Virus record (IMG/VR): IMGVR_UViG_3300048080_000116 | Span: 1-47,548 of that record | Origin: a virus | Lineage: Duplodnaviria; Caudoviricetes | Reading direction: 5' to 3' (one strand) | DNA length: 47,548 nt | Shown: positions 18,824 to 28,129 of the stretch, one piece after another | How positions within the stretch are numbered: the first letter of the stretch is position 1 | How the letters are laid out: each line of letters starts with the position of its first letter | Notes under the pieces: generated by a model | The model's input: the letters and a program-made list of their open reading frames with translations, nothing else | Told to the model about the DNA's origin: nothing | Databases searched by the model: none | Translations under genes and position numbers: made by a program

Positions 18824-19750
18824 TTAGGCATACGCGCCTGCGCGTCTGATGAGAATAGGCGCGGGCGTGTAGGTCACGACAATGAGCCCGGCACGGCCGA
18901 TATCGCCATTGCGGCTGCCGCCGGCGAACGACCCCCCGCCGCCGCCGCCGCCGCCGTAGAGCCCGCCATTCGTCCCTGCCGCGTCCCCGCCGCCGCCGCC
19001 CCCGCCCCCGCCGGACCCATGCGTCGTATATTCGTTCCCGGGCCCGCCCGCACCGCCGATCGCGACATTGCCGCCCCCGCCGCCGCCGCCGCCGACCGTG
19101 CCGGCGGTGCCTGCGACGCCGTTCCCGCCCCCGACCCCATTGCCCGCTCCGAGGGAGTTATCGCCGCCATCCCCACCGACCAGCAGACTGGGAGCCGCCG
19201 CGCCCGCCGTGCCGCCGCCATTGCCGCCGCCCCCGCCACCGCCCGCGAAGGTCGCATTCCCACCGCCCGCTGCGCCGACGCCATTCGGGCCGGCGGCGCC
19301 ACCACCGCCTGAGCCGCCGCCGTTGGTGCCCGAGCCCGTGCCGCCGTCCCCGCCGGAGTTCTTCGTGGTCCCAACGCCCGACGCGGCCGCCCCGCCTGCC
19401 CCCGCAGTATTCGCCGCGAGGCCCCCACCGCTGCCCTTGGACCCCACGGACGACGCCGCAAGGGACGCCCCGTTGAACCAGGTGTCCGTCCCCGTCCCGC
19501 CGTTGCCGCCCGACGCGACGCCCGCCGCGCCACCAGCGCCGATTTGAATCGTGACCGAGCCGCTCACGGTCAGGTTGGTGATCTTGGAGTACGCCCCACC
19601 GCCGCCGCCGCCCGCGCTCACGGCCGCGCCGGTCGTGCCCGCCCCGCCGCCGCCCCCGGCACCGATGGTCTCGATGCTGTTGTTGTTGTTGTTCCAATCG
19701 GCGGGGATGGTGTAGCTCGTGCCGGAGGTGAGAAAGACCACAGTCGGCAT
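18824..19750 (-). CDS. Glycine-rich tail-associated protein, 308 aa
   Basis: FLTSGTSYTIP...IETIGAGGGGG...GGGGGAYSK...GLIVVTY, the common phage Gly-rich domain. Confidence 0.8.
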   Translation of the reverse strand: MPTVVFLTSGTSYTIPADWNNNNNSIETIGAGGGGGAGTTGAAVSAGGGGGGAYSKITNLTVSGSVTIQIGAGGAAGVASGGNGGTGTDTWFNGASLAASSVGSKGSGGGLAANTAGAGGAAASGVGTTKNSGGDGGTGSGTNGGGSGGGGAAGPNGVGAAGGGNATFAGGGGGGGNGGGTAGAAAPSLLVGGDGGDNSLGAGNGVGGGNGVAGTAGTVGGGGGGGGNVAIGGAGGPGNEYTTHGSGGGGGGGGGDAAGTNGGLYGGGGGGGGSFAGGSRNGDIGRAGLIVVTYTPAPILIRRAGAYA

Positions 19751-22627
19751 CTACCGCACCTTGTAGAGAAAGTACGCCGTCGGGCTCTGGCGCTTCCCGA
19801 TCCCGACCAGCGCCCCGACCTGTTCGTCGTAGCCCCACACGCTGCCCCAGACGGCCGTCGGCACCGTCTCCCACGTCCACGTCCCCGCGTCCACCGCGTA
19901 GAGCCCGAGGCCCACAATCGGTGATTGCCCCATGCCCGTGTTGTTCGGCACGACGACCACCCGGTTCACCGAGTCGAACGCGAGGTAGACTTCCTGACTG
20001 CTATCGCCGGGCACCACGTAGGCGGCGGGCAACGGGATCGCCGTCACGGCGGGCGTCTGACTCACGCTCGTCGCGGTAATCGGCCTGAGGCTCACCTTGA
20101 TGAGTGACCGCGTGCCCGTGTCCAGCCAGTAGAGCGCGCGGCCCTGCACGTCGATCACCGGCTGCGCCCGGTTCGGCACGGGGTTCCACCCGGCCGTGAG
20201 GCGCAGCTCCTGCACCCGCCACGTCCGCGTCGCCAGATTCAAGCGCTCCATACGTGGCCCATTGCGCACGCGCACGAACTCGTCGGCCACCGGATCGTAG
20301 AGCCCGAAGGCCGCCCCGTCATCCCCGCCCCAGCCATTCGGGGGCGGCGGCAGGCCCGCGAGCGCGTCCGGCCCCGTGAACGCCTTGGTCGCAAACGAGA
20401 AGGCGTAGCCGCCGAACCCCTCGACCGCCCCGCATCCTGCACTTGCCCCGCCCTGCGTGATGGCGTAGAACCCCGGCGCCATGAGTCCACGGTCCCGCAG
20501 GCTGTCGTAGGCCCAGTTCACCGAGTCTGGGCGGCCCGGCTGCACCGCACCGGGGATGCAGAGCTGTCGCAAGAGGCGCCACGTGTCCGTCAGCGCGTTG
20601 AGCGTCCAGATCTCCGAGCCCTCGAAGTTCCCATCGAGCCCGAGCTGCCACGACATGGACGAGCGCCAGTCGCCGCCCGCGAAGACCAGGCCCTTGAGCC
20701 CAGCGTGGTAGAAGGCCCGCCCATGCTTGCCGCCGTTCCCGGCCATGTACGCCTGCCCCTGCGGTGGCATCGGGCGCTCGACCCACTGACGCGGAGGGAT
20801 CGGCTGCCCAGGCGGGACGGTGATCGTGCCCGCAGACGGCGGCGTGGGCGGAGGAGGAGGCGGAGGCGGAGGAGCGGCCTGCACCGTCACCGTCACACGC
20901 GGCATGGTGTACGGGGTCCCGGCCGCGTTCGTCGCCGTCGCCTGGTACTCGGTCGAGGCGGCCGGGGTGACGGCCAGGGTACAGGTCGCCGTCGAGCCTG
21001 CCGCCATGCAGGCGGGCCGAACCCCGCTGATGAAAATATTGTGGTAGTCCAGCCCCGGCAGCGCGAGGGTGAGCACCGACGACTGCCCAGGCTGGATCGT
21101 CGCCGGGAGCGCGGAGAGCGTGACGACCGCAGGCGGAGGTGGCGGCGGGGGCGGGGGCGCGGTCTGGATCGTCACCGTCACGCTGGGCATCAGGTAGGGC
21201 GTCCCGGCCGCGTTGATCGCGGCGGCCTGATAGAGGGTCGTCGCCAGCGGCGTGACCGTCATCGTACACGCCCCGCTCGTCGCGCCCCACACACAGGTCG
21301 GCCGGATGCCGTTGATGACGATGTTGTGGTAGTTCGTCCCCGGCAGGGACAGCGTCAGCACCGAGGGTTGCCCCGCGAGCATCGTCGCCGGGAGCGCCGT
21401 AAAGGTCACCGCGCTCGGCGGCGGAGGCGAAGGCGGTGGCGGCACCGGCGTCGGCGCCCCGCCGAACGGGACCGTGCCGATATAGACATTCTCGTAGACG
21501 TAGTTGGCGAGGACCACCGTGTCGGTGCCGGGGAGCAGGCGGAAGCGCCCGTAGGTGCCCGCGCTCACGGGCGCCGAGACGGTCACCCCTCCCATCGGCA
21601 CCGTGGTCTTTGTATTCGTCGCCGGATTGATGACGTCGAGGCTATTGCCGTCCTGCATCCACGCGACGATCTGCTTCGTCCGGGTGTGCCACGCCACGCC
21701 CGGCCCCTGCATGCCTCGCGCGACGAAGCGCGAGGCCCACGGTCGCTGGCTCAGGTCCGCGTAGCACCCGGTGCCCGGACAGTTCGCCAGGGTGTACTGC
21801 TCGGCGAGGCCGTCACCGAGGACATAGAGCGTGCGGGTCGCGGGGTCGAACGCTGGGGCGGAGGCGAAATCGCAGCACAGGGTTGCCACGGGATTGACCG
21901 CCCACTGTTCCCACCGATTCTGCTCCGGGTAGTACGCCCCCACGAAACTCTGCGAGCGGACGGCGATGCGCTGGCCCGCCGCGTCCCACACACAACTGGA
22001 CGACGTCGCGCCCCGAGGGGCCGACGCCACCTTCTGCCAGCCGAGATCGGCCCGCGCCATCGCTTGCGCCCGTGTCTGGGCCAGATCGAACAGCCGGGTC
22101 GTCGCGGTCCCCCCGCCCGCGCCCGTATACGTCGAGCCTCCATAGAGGAAGAGGAACGGCTGCCCGCCCTTCTGGATGGTCAGGATGCACGAGTAGGTGT
22201 GAACGGACTTGCGTGCGTCGGTCCAGATGCCCGAGGGCTTATAGACGTCGTAGGGCACGTCGTAGCGGTAGACGCCGTCGGGCGAGGTGTACGGCCCTTG
22301 CAATTGCCGCGCCCCGGAGCTATCGAAGGGGACGAAGATCGTAGAATTATCCGGCGTCGCGGCATGGCCCCCACCCGTGACGACGAAGCCCCAGACGCCA
22401 TTGCGTTGGAGCAGGTCGCCGCCCGAGAAGTCGAAGAGACTCCGTGGGTTGTAGGCGTTTGGACCGCTGTAGAACTCGGCCATCGCCATCGCGTCGATGA
22501 TCTTCGTGTTCGGGATCTGCGCCCAGGTGCCCGCGGGCGGCGGGGCAGGCTGCGCCCACGCCGACGAGATCGCCAGCGCGAGGCACAGCACGACCGCCCC
22601 CCCCACACGTCTGACTCGTCCGCCCAC
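19751..22627 (-). CDS. Large protein with signal peptide, two propeller-like regions, duplicated Ig-like modules and polyproline linkers, about 958 aa
   Basis: GGAGGG RBS before GTG 22627; RVRR + hydrophobic core + AWA-Q cleavage site; two about 83-aa repeats flanked by poly-Pro. Confidence 0.75.
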   Translation of the reverse strand: MGGRVRRVGGAVVLCLALAISSAWAQPAPPPAGTWAQIPNTKIIDAMAMAEFYSGPNAYNPRSLFDFSGGDLLQRNGVWGFVVTGGGHAATPDNSTIFVPFDSSGARQLQGPYTSPDGVYRYDVPYDVYKPSGIWTDARKSVHTYSCILTIQKGGQPFLFLYGGSTYTGAGGGTATTRLFDLAQTRAQAMARADLGWQKVASAPRGATSSSCVWDAAGQRIAVRSQSFVGAYYPEQNRWEQWAVNPVATLCCDFASAPAFDPATRTLYVLGDGLAEQYTLANCPGTGCYADLSQRPWASRFVARGMQGPGVAWHTRTKQIVAWMQDGNSLDVINPATNTKTTVPMGGVTVSAPVSAGTYGRFRLLPGTDTVVLANYVYENVYIGTVPFGGAPTPVPPPPSPPPPSAVTFTALPATMLAGQPSVLTLSLPGTNYHNIVINGIRPTCVWGATSGACTMTVTPLATTLYQAAAINAAGTPYLMPSVTVTIQTAPPPPPPPPPAVVTLSALPATIQPGQSSVLTLALPGLDYHNIFISGVRPACMAAGSTATCTLAVTPAASTEYQATATNAAGTPYTMPRVTVTVQAAPPPPPPPPPTPPSAGTITVPPGQPIPPRQWVERPMPPQGQAYMAGNGGKHGRAFYHAGLKGLVFAGGDWRSSMSWQLGLDGNFEGSEIWTLNALTDTWRLLRQLCIPGAVQPGRPDSVNWAYDSLRDRGLMAPGFYAITQGGASAGCGAVEGFGGYAFSFATKAFTGPDALAGLPPPPNGWGGDDGAAFGLYDPVADEFVRVRNGPRMERLNLATRTWRVQELRLTAGWNPVPNRAQPVIDVQGRALYWLDTGTRSLIKVSLRPITATSVSQTPAVTAIPLPAAYVVPGDSSQEVYLAFDSVNRVVVVPNNTGMGQSPIVGLGLYAVDAGTWTWETVPTAVWGSVWGYDEQVGALVGIGKRQSPTAYFLYKVR

Positions 22628-22644
22628 GCTCTGGCCCTCCCCGG

Positions 22645-23115
22645 TTAGGTCAGCACCTTCTGCGCCTGCGCCTTGAGGGCCTCGATCTGGCGCTCCAGGG
22701 CGGCGAGCGTCTTGGTCTTGTCCGCGATCTGCACGTCCAGCGTCCCGAGGATCCCCTGCGCCCGCACCGTGGCCGCCTCGAGCGACCCCTTGGCCGTCCG
22801 CACCGCCTCGGCGGCCTGCGCCTGCTCGGCGCTGACCCGCGTCCGCTCGGCGTCCGCCTGCGCGCGCAGCGCCGCCAGCCGCTCGGCGTGCTGGGCCTCC
22901 ATCTGCGCCTTGGCCTGCACGAACCCGGCCTGCATGGCGGTCAGCGAGGTCTGCTGCGCGTCCTGCTCCTTGCGGAGATGCTCCACGTTGTTCGTCAGTT
23001 CCATCCCACGCCGCTCCAGCGAGGCGGCGGCTTCGAGCGCCTGCGACATGAACTCCGCGGCGCGGTATGCCTGCGCGAACTTGTCGAGAATGCTTTTCGC
23101 TTGGACGAAGTCCAT
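22645..23115 (-). CDS. Coiled-coil protein, 156 aa
   Basis: Ala/Gln/Glu heptads; GGAGG RBS. Confidence 0.75.
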   Translation of the reverse strand: MDFVQAKSILDKFAQAYRAAEFMSQALEAAASLERRGMELTNNVEHLRKEQDAQQTSLTAMQAGFVQAKAQMEAQHAERLAALRAQADAERTRVSAEQAQAAEAVRTAKGSLEAATVRAQGILGTLDVQIADKTKTLAALERQIEALKAQAQKVLT

Positions 23116-23118
23116 GGG

Positions 23119-23466
23119 CTAGGCCCCTCCCACGCTGAACCGCTTCTGCACCTGAAACACCCGCAGGGCCGCCTCGCTGGCCGCCGAGACGAGAATGAGT
23201 GAGCCGGCCAGCGGGGGCGTGAACTGCACCGCATTGCCACCGCTCGTGATGGTGACATCCGACCCACCGGACTGGTAATCCGCCCACGTGGACGACGAGG
23301 TCACGCCGTCGGACTCCTTGGCGACGCGCACCGTGCAGGTCCCGGTCAAGGTCGCCGGCCCCATGATGATGAGCGCAGAGGCGTCCTCGAACCCCGTGAG
23401 CACGGAGGACGAGGCAAAGCCCGCGTCGATAGTGAGCGTCGGCAAATTCGCCGTATAGCTGCCCAT
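23119..23466 (-). CDS. Virion structural protein, 115 aa
   Basis: Beta-rich, post-capsid position. Confidence 0.7.
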   Translation of the reverse strand: MGSYTANLPTLTIDAGFASSSVLTGFEDASALIIMGPATLTGTCTVRVAKESDGVTSSSTWADYQSGGSDVTITSGGNAVQFTPPLAGSLILVSAASEAALRVFQVQKRFSVGGA

Positions 23467-23481
23467 GGTCGGCGGCCCCCC

Positions 23482-24018
23482 TTACTCGAACGCGCTACGC
23501 ACGAGCGACGGATGCGACACCGGGAACCACAGGATCGTGCCCGTGATCTGGTTGGTCGCGTTGGCCCCGTTGGACACCGTGGCCGCGAGCGTCGCCCCGG
23601 CGACGATGTAGGCGCCCTGGGAGCGCAACACCGGGGCCGAGGGCGTAACCGGCGCGATGATGCTGGTGGCGGTCGTGCCGAAGACCCCGTTGGAGATCGT
23701 GGCCGTCACCCCGCCGCCGACGCCGACCGTTTGCCCCTGGCTGGCCAAGCCCACCCCGGCTGTGGTGGCGCTGTTGATCGTGTTCGACAGGATCGACGCC
23801 CCACCCGCGAGCAGGTTCACCCGCGTATTCGTGCCGATGGCGCCGCAATAGATCTGCGCGTCTACCACCACGATGTCCATGCCCGCGGGGATCGTGTACG
23901 ACCACATATTCTGCTGGATGGTGCCGAGCGCGCCCGTGTTCGCGCCGACGGACGCGGTACCGAAGGTGAAGATGTTGTACGCGCCCCGGAAGGGGCCGCT
24001 GACGCCTGACGCACCCAT
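23482..24018 (-). CDS. Virion structural protein, 178 aa
   Basis: AAGGAG RBS; Gly/Thr/Ala-rich; follows capsid gene. Confidence 0.7.
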   Translation of the reverse strand: MGASGVSGPFRGAYNIFTFGTASVGANTGALGTIQQNMWSYTIPAGMDIVVVDAQIYCGAIGTNTRVNLLAGGASILSNTINSATTAGVGLASQGQTVGVGGGVTATISNGVFGTTATSIIAPVTPSAPVLRSQGAYIVAGATLAATVSNGANATNQITGTILWFPVSHPSLVRSAFE

Positions 24019-24034
24019 GCGGGCTCCTTGGCTT

Positions 24035-24125
24035 TCCTCGGGCGGTTCCCCGCCCTAGCCTGTCGATTCAGGCGTATGGTGTCGGCCCCCGGACCCGGAG
24101 GGTGATCCCCCGAGCCCGGGACCCG
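24035..24125 (-). terminator. GC-rich hairpins downstream of capsid gene (attenuator or mRNA-stabilising)
   Basis: Imperfect stem about 24084-24123 and GGGCGG-GGAA-CCGCCC near 24039-24055; no clear U tract. Confidence 0.35.
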
Positions 24126-24172
24126 CGTTCATTCCATGAACAACCGTGTTCAGAACGTGAACAACCGTCCGG

Positions 24173-25084
24173 TCACGCCCCCGGCGAACCTGCCACACCT
24201 TTGTAATCGCTCCAGCCGCGAATCCAGCGGGCGCGGGTCTTGACCTTCATGCTCGAACTCTCAAAAGACCAGTCATGCATGAGGTTCGGCTTCTCCCGCC
24301 AGTACGAGCGCAGGTTCATGGTGGCCGCATCCCCCAACAGGAACCACGCGTCGGGGTCCGTGAGATACGGCCACACGATGACGTTGAGATCGTCATCCTT
24401 GAACGCGTTGATCGCGTTGTCTGACGAGTCGGGGCGCCCCGTCGAGCGCACCAGCTCCTTGCCGAGCCACCCGAGTTCCATCGGCAGCAGCAGCGTCTGT
24501 GGCCGCCAGTGCAACAGCTTGCCCGCGTCATCCACCGTGTCGGCGATGACGTTGAGCAGATCCCGCATCGACTGGACCGAGAGATCGGCCGCGGTCGTCA
24601 GCGTGTTCGACCCGTTGCCGCCTCCGATGAGCGGATGCGCGGTCGAGAAGATCACGGCCCCGTCGGGCGAGCCCACGGTGGACGTGAAGCCGTTGTTGTA
24701 CAGATTCGCGTGATCGGTGTTGTAGGTGAACGTCATCGACGCGCCGAGGGCGCGCCCGGCATCCGATACGACTTCCTCCTGCTCGTCGTCGAGGGCCTCC
24801 TTGGACGTCTGGAAGGCCAGCTCGTAGGTGTCCGCCAGGTACTGCTTGTTGTAGCCCTGGGCGAGGTCGTCGTAGGCGACGTCCGCCCCTTCCGCCTTGA
24901 TCGGCACGGAGCCGAAGCTGGCGATGGTCGTGGTGTTCACGAACGGGCGCGAGCCCATGTCGCGGATCTTGATGACGGACGGGACCACGCCGTCTTCGAT
25001 CTTGATGTGGTCGTTGATGACGTCTTCGAGGAACGCGAGGCGCGCCAGGTAGTTGTCTGGGAGCCCCGATCGGAGTGTCGCCAT
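24173..25084 (-). CDS. Major capsid protein (HK97 fold, Mu gpT-like), 303 aa
   Basis: FGSVPIKAEG, SKEALDDE, SPDGAVIFSTAHPL, PQTLLLPMEL, WPYLTDPDAWFL, ARWIRGWSDYKG. Confidence 0.88.
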   Translation of the reverse strand: MATLRSGLPDNYLARLAFLEDVINDHIKIEDGVVPSVIKIRDMGSRPFVNTTTIASFGSVPIKAEGADVAYDDLAQGYNKQYLADTYELAFQTSKEALDDEQEEVVSDAGRALGASMTFTYNTDHANLYNNGFTSTVGSPDGAVIFSTAHPLIGGGNGSNTLTTAADLSVQSMRDLLNVIADTVDDAGKLLHWRPQTLLLPMELGWLGKELVRSTGRPDSSDNAINAFKDDDLNVIVWPYLTDPDAWFLLGDAATMNLRSYWREKPNLMHDWSFESSSMKVKTRARWIRGWSDYKGVAGSPGA

Positions 25085-25099
25085 GGCTCAGGGTCTCCT

Positions 25100-25657
25100 T
25101 TAGATGGCGCCGGAATCGGTGGCGTAGAAGTGGCTGCCCGCCATGATTTTCACCACGCACTTGCGTGGCAGGGCCGCCGTTGCGGGAAAGGTGGTGCCTT
25201 CGATCTCGTGCATCTTGACGAACTGCAACACGCTCGCGCCGATAGCCGCGGCGGCCGCCGTGGAGGTGTCCATCTGCGTGATCGACCGCCCGCGCGTGAC
25301 CTGCGCGGCGGTGCCGGGGGTGAGCCCGGTGACCTCGAACACGTTGCCGAGATGCGTCTGCGCGATGGCCGTGCCGACCGAGTCGTCCTGACAGACGTAG
25401 AGCTGGTCGGGGTGGTCGTACACCTGCACCGTGGTGCCCGCCGAGGCGCTGAGCGTGGTTTCCGCCGAGACGCCGACGATGAGCCGCGCGATGGCAGGGT
25501 CCGCCAGGCTGGTGACCAGGCCCGTCGAGAGCAGGGTGACCAGGTCCCCGGCGAAGATGTTGACCGTGGCGCCTTTTACATACGTATTGACCCGCAAGGG
25601 GGCCGTGTACGGCATGAGGCCGAACGCGGCATCAGTCGCGGCCTTCAAGTACGGCAT
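25100..25657 (-). CDS. Capsid-associated (decoration/cement-like) protein, 185 aa
   Basis: DAAFGLMP...IFAGDLV...VYDHPDQLY; directly upstream of capsid; AGGAG RBS. Confidence 0.65.
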   Translation of the reverse strand: MPYLKAATDAAFGLMPYTAPLRVNTYVKGATVNIFAGDLVTLLSTGLVTSLADPAIARLIVGVSAETTLSASAGTTVQVYDHPDQLYVCQDDSVGTAIAQTHLGNVFEVTGLTPGTAAQVTRGRSITQMDTSTAAAAAIGASVLQFVKMHEIEGTTFPATAALPRKCVVKIMAGSHFYATDSGAI

Positions 25658-25672
25658 GTCTGCTCCTGTGCA

Positions 25673-26275
25673 TCAGTCAGTGCCCATCGTGCGGCCGTCG
25701 GCCATCGTGTGGGTGGGGTGCCGCGCCTCGCCGCCGGTGACGTAGCGGCCGAACTTGCCCGCGTTGTACGCCTCCTGCGTCGCGCGCTGCTGGGTGACCG
25801 CCTTGGAGGATTGGCGATCCACCCGCGCCCGCTTGAGCTGCGTGCGCGACTCCACCCACGCGGTCCACATCCACGCGAGAAAATCCCCGTTCGCATCGCC
25901 CCGACGGATGGTGTTGTCCGGGGCCGCCATCGTCTTCAGTTTCAGACGAAAGCGCGGGTCGCCCTTCGCGGGCACGGCCTGCCAGTCCCGCAATCCGGTC
26001 TGACTGATTAGTTTTGGGTTGAGCCATCGTAACGTCACGTTGTCGGGTACGGTCACGAACTTGCGCGCATCGGAATCGTGCCGGTTGTACGTGGGATCGA
26101 CCTCCCACGGCGGCGGCGGCACGGTGTCCGCGATGACCTGCGCAAGACGCTCCGTCGAAATCGTGCCGAGCGGCGCGGCCTCGGGCGCCTGCACCAGCTC
26201 TTCGGTCGCGGCATCCATCCCGGTCGAGGCCGGGTGCTTGAACACCTTCTGCCCTAAGCGCGGGGCTGGCATCAC
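25673..26275 (-). CDS. Conserved-looking head-module protein, 200 aa
   Basis: VPDNVTLRWLN...GLRDWQAV; between scaffold and capsid. Confidence 0.65.
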   Translation of the reverse strand: MMPAPRLGQKVFKHPASTGMDAATEELVQAPEAAPLGTISTERLAQVIADTVPPPPWEVDPTYNRHDSDARKFVTVPDNVTLRWLNPKLISQTGLRDWQAVPAKGDPRFRLKLKTMAAPDNTIRRGDANGDFLAWMWTAWVESRTQLKRARVDRQSSKAVTQQRATQEAYNAGKFGRYVTGGEARHPTHTMADGRTMGTD

Positions 26276-27102
26276 GCTTGCCCTTCCTCTCTGACCGCCT
26301 GTGCAATGGCCGGGGACACGGTGGAGCGACCCGTGGATTGACGCTCCATGAACCGCTTCATCGAACCCTGCGGGTCCTTGATCCCCATACGCTGGGCAAT
26401 GCCCGCGACCTTCTTGTCCAGCGGCTTGACCGGGGCCGACGGCCCCCCCTGCGGGCTGCGGCGCGAGGCCGCGCCCTCCATCGACTGCTGGGCGGTGACG
26501 CCCGCCCGGCGCGTAAGATCCTGCCCCCCTCCACCAGCGGGGGCGGGCACGAGATGCGGCGCGTTGACAATCGCCGCCTTGATCGCTTCGAGATCCGTCA
26601 CCGGCCCCGGCGTCCAGCCCGAGGCGAGGAACTGGTTGCGCGCGGCGTACACGGCTTGCGTGAGCGGATGCGTCGTGTCCTCGCGGAGCATCGGGTAGCG
26701 GGTGAAGAGTTCCCCGAGGGCGCGCGTGACCGTCTGCGTCTGCGTGAACTGGCTGAACTGCTGCGCCGTGGCGCGCTGCGTCTGCCGGTCCACGAGGAGC
26801 CGGATCGCCTCCGCATTCCCGGCCGCCGCGAGCTGCCCGAGCTGCTCGTCGGTGTATTCACTCCCCTGGACCGCCTGCGGCGCGACCGGCGCCGGGGCAG
26901 GCGGGCGCTGGTGAAACGCCTGGAGCGCGGCCAGAATCTCCGCGTTCTGCCGTTCGATCTTCGTGTACTTCCGGTTCATCTCGGCCAGCACGTTCTTCGC
27001 GGGCCGGTCGTCCGGCGCCAGCGGCGTCTCGTCCGGAAGGGTCTCCTCGACCACCTCGGGCTCAGGGACGATCTCTGGCGGACTCCCCTCTGGCTCAGCC
27101 AT
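26272..27102 (-). CDS. Capsid scaffolding protein, 276 aa
   Basis: Acidic Pro-rich N-terminus, helical body, C-terminal IAQRMGIKD; GAGGAG RBS. Confidence 0.7.
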   Translation of the reverse strand: MAEPEGSPPEIVPEPEVVEETLPDETPLAPDDRPAKNVLAEMNRKYTKIERQNAEILAALQAFHQRPPAPAPVAPQAVQGSEYTDEQLGQLAAAGNAEAIRLLVDRQTQRATAQQFSQFTQTQTVTRALGELFTRYPMLREDTTHPLTQAVYAARNQFLASGWTPGPVTDLEAIKAAIVNAPHLVPAPAGGGGQDLTRRAGVTAQQSMEGAASRRSPQGGPSAPVKPLDKKVAGIAQRMGIKDPQGSMKRFMERQSTGRSTVSPAIAQAVREEGQA

Positions 27103-27141
27103 GCTGGCTCCTCTCGCCCGTCACGTGGGCGTCTCGGGTCC

Positions 27142-27486
27142 TCATCGGCCCTGCCGCGTCCTCTTCCGGAAGGCCGCCGACGCCTTCATGGTCCGCCCGG
27201 CCGTGAAGCCGCCGAGGGCCGTGGACTCGGCGCCCCGCAGGGCCCCGACATCGCCCCACGCGCCCTTCCTGGGGGCGCGGGCCGGGCTGTGCGAGGGCAT
27301 CCGCAGGGGGAGCGTGTGGACGGCGGGCTCGGGAATCGGCACCGGCGAGAAACCGCCCGGCACCACCGGGGTCGGCAGCGGGCGCGCGATGCCGCGCGAG
27401 GGATCGGTCGGCGGCCGCACCGGGAGCGTGCGCCGGACGCGGTCCATTCTTCCACCGCCCATCCGGGCGTGCGCGCTACGAGGCAC
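27142..27486 (-). CDS. Arg/Pro-rich basic protein, 114 aa
   Basis: Fills gap in operon, overlaps upstream stop. Confidence 0.45.
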   Translation of the reverse strand: MPRSAHARMGGGRMDRVRRTLPVRPPTDPSRGIARPLPTPVVPGGFSPVPIPEPAVHTLPLRMPSHSPARAPRKGAWGDVGALRGAESTALGGFTAGRTMKASAAFRKRTRQGR

Positions 27487-27628
27487 GGGTCGTGCCCTTG
27501 CGCGTCCGGCCCGTCAAGGAGCCCGCGCTGGGGGCTGCGCCGGGCTTCTTGAAGCCTTTCAGGCGCGCCTGTTCCGACGCCCGCTGCGTCGCGACGTTCG
27601 TGCCGCCGGGAAACGTCAGCTTCTTCAT
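27476..27628 (-). CDS. Small basic protein, 50 aa (MKKLTFPGGTNVATQ...)
   Basis: GGAGGAG RBS, ATGA overlap; read manually. Confidence 0.6.
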   Translation of the reverse strand: MKKLTFPGGTNVATQRASEQARLKGFKKPGAAPSAGSLTGRTRKGTTRAS

Positions 27629-27870
27629 GGCCGCTCCTCCTGTGGTCGCTGCCGTGATTCATCCAGTATCGTCTGCTCGGCGAGGTTCAACGCTAACGTC
27701 AGTCCAGTCCAGACGCCCGCGTGGGTGTCGTGCAGCTCTTTGCCCTCGGTCCGGAGATAGTGTACACGCTGTTCGCACAACTCCCGCAGCATGGTCTGGA
27801 CCAACGCATAGGACTCCGAGCCCATCCACTCCTTGAGCAAGGTCGCCCGGTACGTCAGCCCTCTATCCAC
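27625..27870 (-). CDS. Small post-portal protein, 81 aa
   Basis: AGGAG RBS; helical; typical position. Confidence 0.65.
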   Translation of the reverse strand: MDRGLTYRATLLKEWMGSESYALVQTMLRELCEQRVHYLRTEGKELHDTHAGVWTGLTLALNLAEQTILDESRQRPQEERP

Positions 27871-28129
27871 GCTGCGTCTCCTGCGATGGCATGTATATGG
27901 CGTGGAGCAACTCGTGCAATTCTTTTCCCATCATCGTGTCCGTATCTGTGGCCGGGCAGAGCGTTGATGCGCGGCGAAGATACTCCAACATGTCCGGCGC
28001 ATACATCACGAGTCGTGCGAGCGAGACCGAGCGTATCTCCCTTGCTATAGGCGAGCCGTGGGCATCCACGACGTCGTAAACACGCCCGTTCGTCACAAGA
28101 CCCCACGGTAGCCAAGTAAACTCAACCAC
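27863..28129 (-). CDS. Hypothetical protein, 88 aa, lower GC
   Basis: Overlaps both neighbours. Confidence 0.55.
   Translation of the reverse strand: MVEFTWLPWGLVTNGRVYDVVDAHGSPIAREIRSVSLARLVMYAPDMLEYLRRASTLCPATDTDTMMGKELHELLHAIYMPSQETQRG

Noticed and set aside
18824-19750. Collagen-like protein
   Set aside because: Gly runs are not Gly-X-Y; matches the ordinary phage Gly-rich domain
22628-23287. N-terminal 220 aa of the 1178-aa ORF, and similar extensions of portal, adaptor, ligase-like and lysozyme ORFs
   Set aside because: Overlap real upstream genes in another frame; downstream starts have RBS or stop-start coupling
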